Below are positions 60,123 to 64,000 of a DNA stretch of 64,000 nucleotides, piece by piece (position 1 is the first letter of the stretch; each line of letters begins with the position of its first letter). Source of the DNA: Nanobdellota archaeon (GTDB taxonomy: Archaea > Nanobdellota > Nanobdellia > Woesearchaeales > GCA-2686295); assembly GCA_018817005.1 (NCBI GenBank), contig JAHIUF010000018.1:4964-68963 (forward strand), written 5' to 3'. Below the pieces are notes generated by a model. It was not told the origin of the DNA and did no database searches. It worked only from the letters and a program-made list of their open reading frames with translations. Both the position numbers and the translations under genes were made by a program.

Positions 60123-61091
60123 TCACGATTCTAATAGGTTTTCTTCCCATATCTGATTCTTTCCTGCAAGTTTTGCCTTGTAAAGAGCATCATCAGCTGC
60201 TTTCACAATCTGATTTATAGATATATTAAAATCACCCTTAGAAGGCGGATTATATGTTGCAACACCACCACTTACAGTAACTGATTTAATAAAATCTTTT
60301 TTAGGGCTGTAAGGTGCAGAACTAATTCTTTCTCGCAATCTATCAGCAAGGTTGTAAGCTGCATCAAAAGTTGTTTCAGGCAGTAAAAGAACCATTTCTT
60401 CTCCGCCAAATCTTACAGCAAGATCTGTTAAACGAGTGCTTTCCATCAAATTTCTCGCAATCTTTTTCAGAACGTAATCCCCTTCCAAATGACCAAAAGT
60501 GTCATTGTATTTTTTAAAATTATCAACATCAAAAAAAACTAAAGATAAAGGTTTTCTTGACCTAACCAACCTCTTTATTTCTAAAAGACTATGCGACTGA
60601 AATGCACCCATATTATAAAGACCGGTTTTAGGGTCTCTTTCAGAAAGAACTGCATTTTCCTGATTTCTTAACTCCTTTTGAACCTTTAACATCAACATAG
60701 AAAGATTAAGAGGCTTTGAAAGGTAATCACAAGCGCCAATTTTCATTGCTTCAACAGCAGTTTCGAGGTTTGGATTACCAGTCATAACAATTGACATGGT
60801 ATCTTTGCTTTCCTCTTTTATTTTTTTAAGCAATTCTAAACCACTCATGCCTGAAAGATTAATATCAATTAATGCAAGGTCATGATAAACAGACTTTATG
60901 TGTTCTAATCCCTCTTCTCCAGAATAAGCCTCTGAAACACTAAAATAAGGTATTTGACAAAGAGCATACTTGATTAAAGAAGTTATTTTTTTATCATCGT
61001 CAACAATTAAGATATTTTTATCTTTAGGAGTTCCTGATGCAGGGTTTTGTGAGTCAAGCAAATTAGTTAACTCATCGGTTGTGTTGAACAT
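60123..61091 (-). CDS. Response regulator with receiver domain fused to GGDEF diguanylate cyclase domain
   Basis: REC (ILIVDDD...DLALIDINLSGMSGLEL), GGDEF domain (FFDVDNFKKYND, RFGGEEMVLLLPET). Confidence 0.75.
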   Translation of the reverse strand: MFNTTDELTNLLDSQNPASGTPKDKNILIVDDDKKITSLIKYALCQIPYFSVSEAYSGEEGLEHIKSVYHDLALIDINLSGMSGLELLKKIKEESKDTMSIVMTGNPNLETAVEAMKIGACDYLSKPLNLSMLMLKVQKELRNQENAVLSERDPKTGLYNMGAFQSHSLLEIKRLVRSRKPLSLVFFDVDNFKKYNDTFGHLEGDYVLKKIARNLMESTRLTDLAVRFGGEEMVLLLPETTFDAAYNLADRLRERISSAPYSPKKDFIKSVTVSGGVATYNPPSKGDFNISINQIVKAADDALYKAKLAGKNQIWEENLLES

Positions 61092-61202
61092 TTTAAATAA
61101 GAAAATCAGAACATATTTTTAAAACTTTAGTTAAATAACCACTGAAAAGTAGTTTTTTAAAAAATAGAAATAATTAAAAGAACAAAGAGATTCAAAAAAA
61201 AT

Positions 61203-62141
61203 ATGAAACATAATTTAAACGTTACAATAATACTTATCGCGATTTTTATAATAACACAAATAGTAGGGCTTACACTTATAAACTTAGACATAAAAAGTGT
61301 TCAAAACGTAAACGGAACAATAACTATAAACCATCAAGAAACAGCAATAGGTCCAAGGCCGCAAACAGAAGGTGCAGGGTCGTTCATATACTTATCTGGA
61401 GCAGTATTTATAGGAACAATACTAGTATTGATTCTTATAAGATATAAGAAAAGAAATCTCTGGAAAACCTGGTTTTTCCTGGCAGTTGTACTATCAATAA
61501 CAATTGCCCTTGGAACCTTTCTTTCAAAAACACTCGCACTAATCCTTGCAATAATCTTTGCAATTATGAAACTCTACAAACCAAACATATTAACCCATAA
61601 CTTAAGTGAAGTACTCATATACTCGGGGATTGCAGTTTTAATAGTTCCAATACTAGATATTTTTTGGGTAACAATGCTCTTGATAATAATATCTTTCTAC
61701 GACATGTTCGCAGTGTGGAAAAGCAAACACATGATAAAAATGGCTGAATTTCAAACAAAAAGCAATGTCTTTGCAGGAATTATGATACCATACGAACAAA
61801 AAGAACAACACGTAACAATAAAAACACCCATAAAAGCTGCGCCTATGATTGAAAAAAGTCAAACCACCAAAAAGAACAAAGAAATAAGACTAAAAAATGC
61901 AATACTCGGAGGTGGAGACGTTGCTTTTCCACTAATATTTTCAGGAGTTGCAATGGAAAACTTCATACTGAAAGGCTTAAGTCCAATAATCGCTTTTCAA
62001 CAAAGCTTAGTGATAGTTTTATTCACAACAATTGCTGTTTTTGGATTGTTCACATTTGCTAAGAAAAACAAATTTTACCCAGCAATGCCATTTATAACAA
62101 TAGGCTGTTTAGTAGGGTATGCTATAACTCTATTAATATAA
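61203..62141 (+). CDS. Presenilin/signal-peptide-peptidase homolog (A22-family intramembrane aspartyl protease)
   Basis: About 9 TM segments; YD (IISFYDMFAV), GxGD-like (ILGGGDVAFP), PAL-like (YPAMPFI) motifs in the correct order. Confidence 0.5.
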   Translation: MKHNLNVTIILIAIFIITQIVGLTLINLDIKSVQNVNGTITINHQETAIGPRPQTEGAGSFIYLSGAVFIGTILVLILIRYKKRNLWKTWFFLAVVLSITIALGTFLSKTLALILAIIFAIMKLYKPNILTHNLSEVLIYSGIAVLIVPILDIFWVTMLLIIISFYDMFAVWKSKHMIKMAEFQTKSNVFAGIMIPYEQKEQHVTIKTPIKAAPMIEKSQTTKKNKEIRLKNAILGGGDVAFPLIFSGVAMENFILKGLSPIIAFQQSLVIVLFTTIAVFGLFTFAKKNKFYPAMPFITIGCLVGYAITLLI

Positions 62142-62187
62142 CTAGCACATAATTATTGAAAATCACTTTGATTTATTCAAACACAAT

Positions 62188-62997
62188 TTAAAAATTGTTG
62201 AGTTTTTTTTGCTTTAAAGAAGATGCATATGAAACTGGATTAACAATCAAACCATCTTTTGCAGCGATAACCTGACATTTTGTTTTTTTCTGAATTTCTC
62301 TAGCCTCATAAATCGTGTCTGCATCAAGCATTTTTAAACCGAAATGAGTGAGAATTGCAAGTTTTGGATTTATTTTATTCAAAAACTTAACAACATCTTC
62401 AGAATTCATATGTCCTTCTTGAGAAAGCCCAATAGGATGTTTACAATTAATAATAATGACATCCACGTCCTTATGGCCATCGACGAGTTCTTTACAATAC
62501 TCTGTATCGCCAGTGTATGAAACAACAAAATTCTCACTATAAAACTTAAAACCAAGAGATGACTCTGTGTGTTTTGCAAAGACAGGCATTATATTCACTT
62601 CATTTATACCTATTCTCATACCTGGTTTTACCGCAATAAAACGTTCAAGCATTGCTTTGCTATGTTTTTTTAAGCCAGGATAATCATTTTCAGAACCATG
62701 AAGTGTTTCTTCATCACAGACCAACACTCCGTGTTTGTCCATACCAGAATAAGTCATGGCAGAAATTATTGCATTCAAATCATTAACATGATTTATGTGA
62801 TTGTGTGAAACAAAAATCGCAGTGTTTTCTCGAAGGTTAATGCCATAATCTTTGGCCTTTATAATTGCACCTGGACCTGGATCAAGATGGAACTGGTTAT
62901 CATTAAATTTTAAAATTATTCCACCAGAAGACCTTATCTGTTTACCAACGACTTGAGAGTCACCTCCCGTACCCAAGAATAAAATAGCGTTTTTCAT
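62188..62997 (-). CDS. MBL-fold metallo-hydrolase
   Basis: HxHxDH-type motif VSHNHINHVND; start set at MKNAILFLGTGG with GGGGGTG upstream. Confidence 0.6.
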   Translation of the reverse strand: MKNAILFLGTGGDSQVVGKQIRSSGGIILKFNDNQFHLDPGPGAIIKAKDYGINLRENTAIFVSHNHINHVNDLNAIISAMTYSGMDKHGVLVCDEETLHGSENDYPGLKKHSKAMLERFIAVKPGMRIGINEVNIMPVFAKHTESSLGFKFYSENFVVSYTGDTEYCKELVDGHKDVDVIIINCKHPIGLSQEGHMNSEDVVKFLNKINPKLAILTHFGLKMLDADTIYEAREIQKKTKCQVIAAKDGLIVNPVSYASSLKQKKLNNF

Positions 62998-63125
62998 GCG
63001 CACCCCCAAAACAAATATATTTCAGAGAAGTTAATAAAAGTTTCGTTTTAAACCATTAAAAACCGAGACTTAAAGAGATATACAAGAGATAGATTTAAAA
63101 AGCAAAAAACTTTCTTCCAGATTGC

Positions 63126-63390
63126 TAGACTGGGTGGCTCGTCCTCACCTGTAACTGCAAACGGATGTACGGCAGGGTTGAAGCCTGAGGGGCGGCGTAA
63201 TTTTAGTTATAGGTCTTGGTTGGACCGTCGACGTCTTGTCCTTTAGGATCAGGATTTTTATGAACTGAGTCAGATCAGGAATGAAGCAGCTCTAAGTATT
63301 AATCGTGGTGTCTAAGGGGTTGCAGGATTGAGGAAAAATCAAGGTAGCCTTTGATTGGAGTTTTCGTCCACCTTCAGGCGTGCACTTTTA
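63126..63390 (+). ncRNA. Signal recognition particle RNA (7S/SRP RNA) candidate
   Basis: GC-rich island in AT-rich genome; helix-8-like GAGUCAGAUCA-GGAA-UGAAGCAGCUC (compare E. coli 4.5S GUCAGGUCCGGAAGGAAGCAGCC); 5'/3' regions complementary; TATA-like GATTTAAAAA about 30 nt upstream, T-run after. Confidence 0.55.
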
Positions 63391-63412
63391 TAAATTTTAA
63401 AGATTATTAAAA

Positions 63413-63757
63413 ATGGATTTAAAAACAGCGATTCTATCAAGAATTTTAAGCATTGTCTTCATCGCAATTATGATAATAGTATTTTATCTTATTGCAGAAA
63501 AAATGGCTAAAAAAAGAGCGAAGAATGTAAAAAGCCTTTATGTATGTCCTAAATGTGGAAGTATAAATCTTCGATATATAGATGATATTCTTCCAGGAAC
63601 AAGATTCATAAGTACAACACCCTCCAACAACGAATTCGAATGTATTGATTGTGGTTATCAAGGAATAGCACCAAAAGTTGACAGAGAACAAATTAATTCT
63701 TTTAGAGAAGAAATTAAGAAAAACAAGAATAATAATTCTCTCAAACGAAAAAATTAG
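63413..63757 (+). CDS. hypothetical membrane-anchored zinc-ribbon protein
   Basis: N-terminal TM, CPKCG...CIDCG. Confidence 0.35.
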   Translation: MDLKTAILSRILSIVFIAIMIIVFYLIAEKMAKKRAKNVKSLYVCPKCGSINLRYIDDILPGTRFISTTPSNNEFECIDCGYQGIAPKVDREQINSFREEIKKNKNNNSLKRKN

Positions 63758-63999
63758 TTTACAATAATTGCTGGTTTTCCAGGAATTGCCTGGTTTGCTT
63801 TTTCCTCTTTAGAAGCATCTGCTGTTTCTATTAAAACTTCACACTTATAATCAACAGCTAATTTTTTTTTGTATTCTTCTAATTGTTTAAATTCTGTTTT
63901 TTGATCAAGAACAACGTATGGGAGTTTAGTTGGATCTTTTATAATTGCAGGAATCATTTTTGTTATTTCCTGGCCATAACGCTTCAAATCTGTTTTCAT
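63754..63999 (-). CDS. hypothetical protein (start at window edge; may extend beyond)
   Basis: 81-aa ORF ending 63754. Confidence 0.3.
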   Translation of the reverse strand: MKTDLKRYGQEITKMIPAIIKDPTKLPYVVLDQKTEFKQLEEYKKKLAVDYKCEVLIETADASKEEKANQAIPGKPAIIVN

Positions 64000-64000
64000 A

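Noticed and set aside
63126-63390. RNase P RNA as an alternative identity for the GC-rich RNA
   Set aside because: The CR-I/CR-V-type conserved blocks are not evident, whereas the GGAA-tetraloop plus AGCAGC helix-8 signature fits SRP RNA. Not fully excluded.

Overview
This 64-kb window is AT-rich and gene-dense, with about 70 ORFs on both strands and no rRNA, CRISPR array or transposase. The informational genes are archaeal: family-B DNA polymerase, ABCE1, an MCM-family AAA+ ATPase, the KEOPS kinase Bud32, RNase P protein Rpp21, a TrmB-like regulator, archaeal-type ValRS, a tRNA-Arg with two introns, a tRNA-Cys and a probable SRP (7S) RNA. Interleaved are many bacterial-type genes: uvrABC, two RsuA-type pseudouridine synthases, type-I GAPDH with PGK, a cold-shock protein, MnmA and a response-regulator diguanylate cyclase (REC-GGDEF). 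I infer a small-genome, DPANN-like archaeon with heavy bacterial gene acquisition. The most notable loci are a co-directional copper-homeostasis operon headed by a membrane-tethered winged-helix regulator, an MCM that appears split into an AAA+ core and a separate divergently encoded winged-helix ORF, the two-intron tRNA-Arg, a family of short palindrome-flanked intergenic repeats, and several decaying genes (HIT frameshift, ZIP transporter remnant, C39-like peptidase with no start codon). All calls come from reading the translated ORFs and the nucleotide sequence; no database searches were run.
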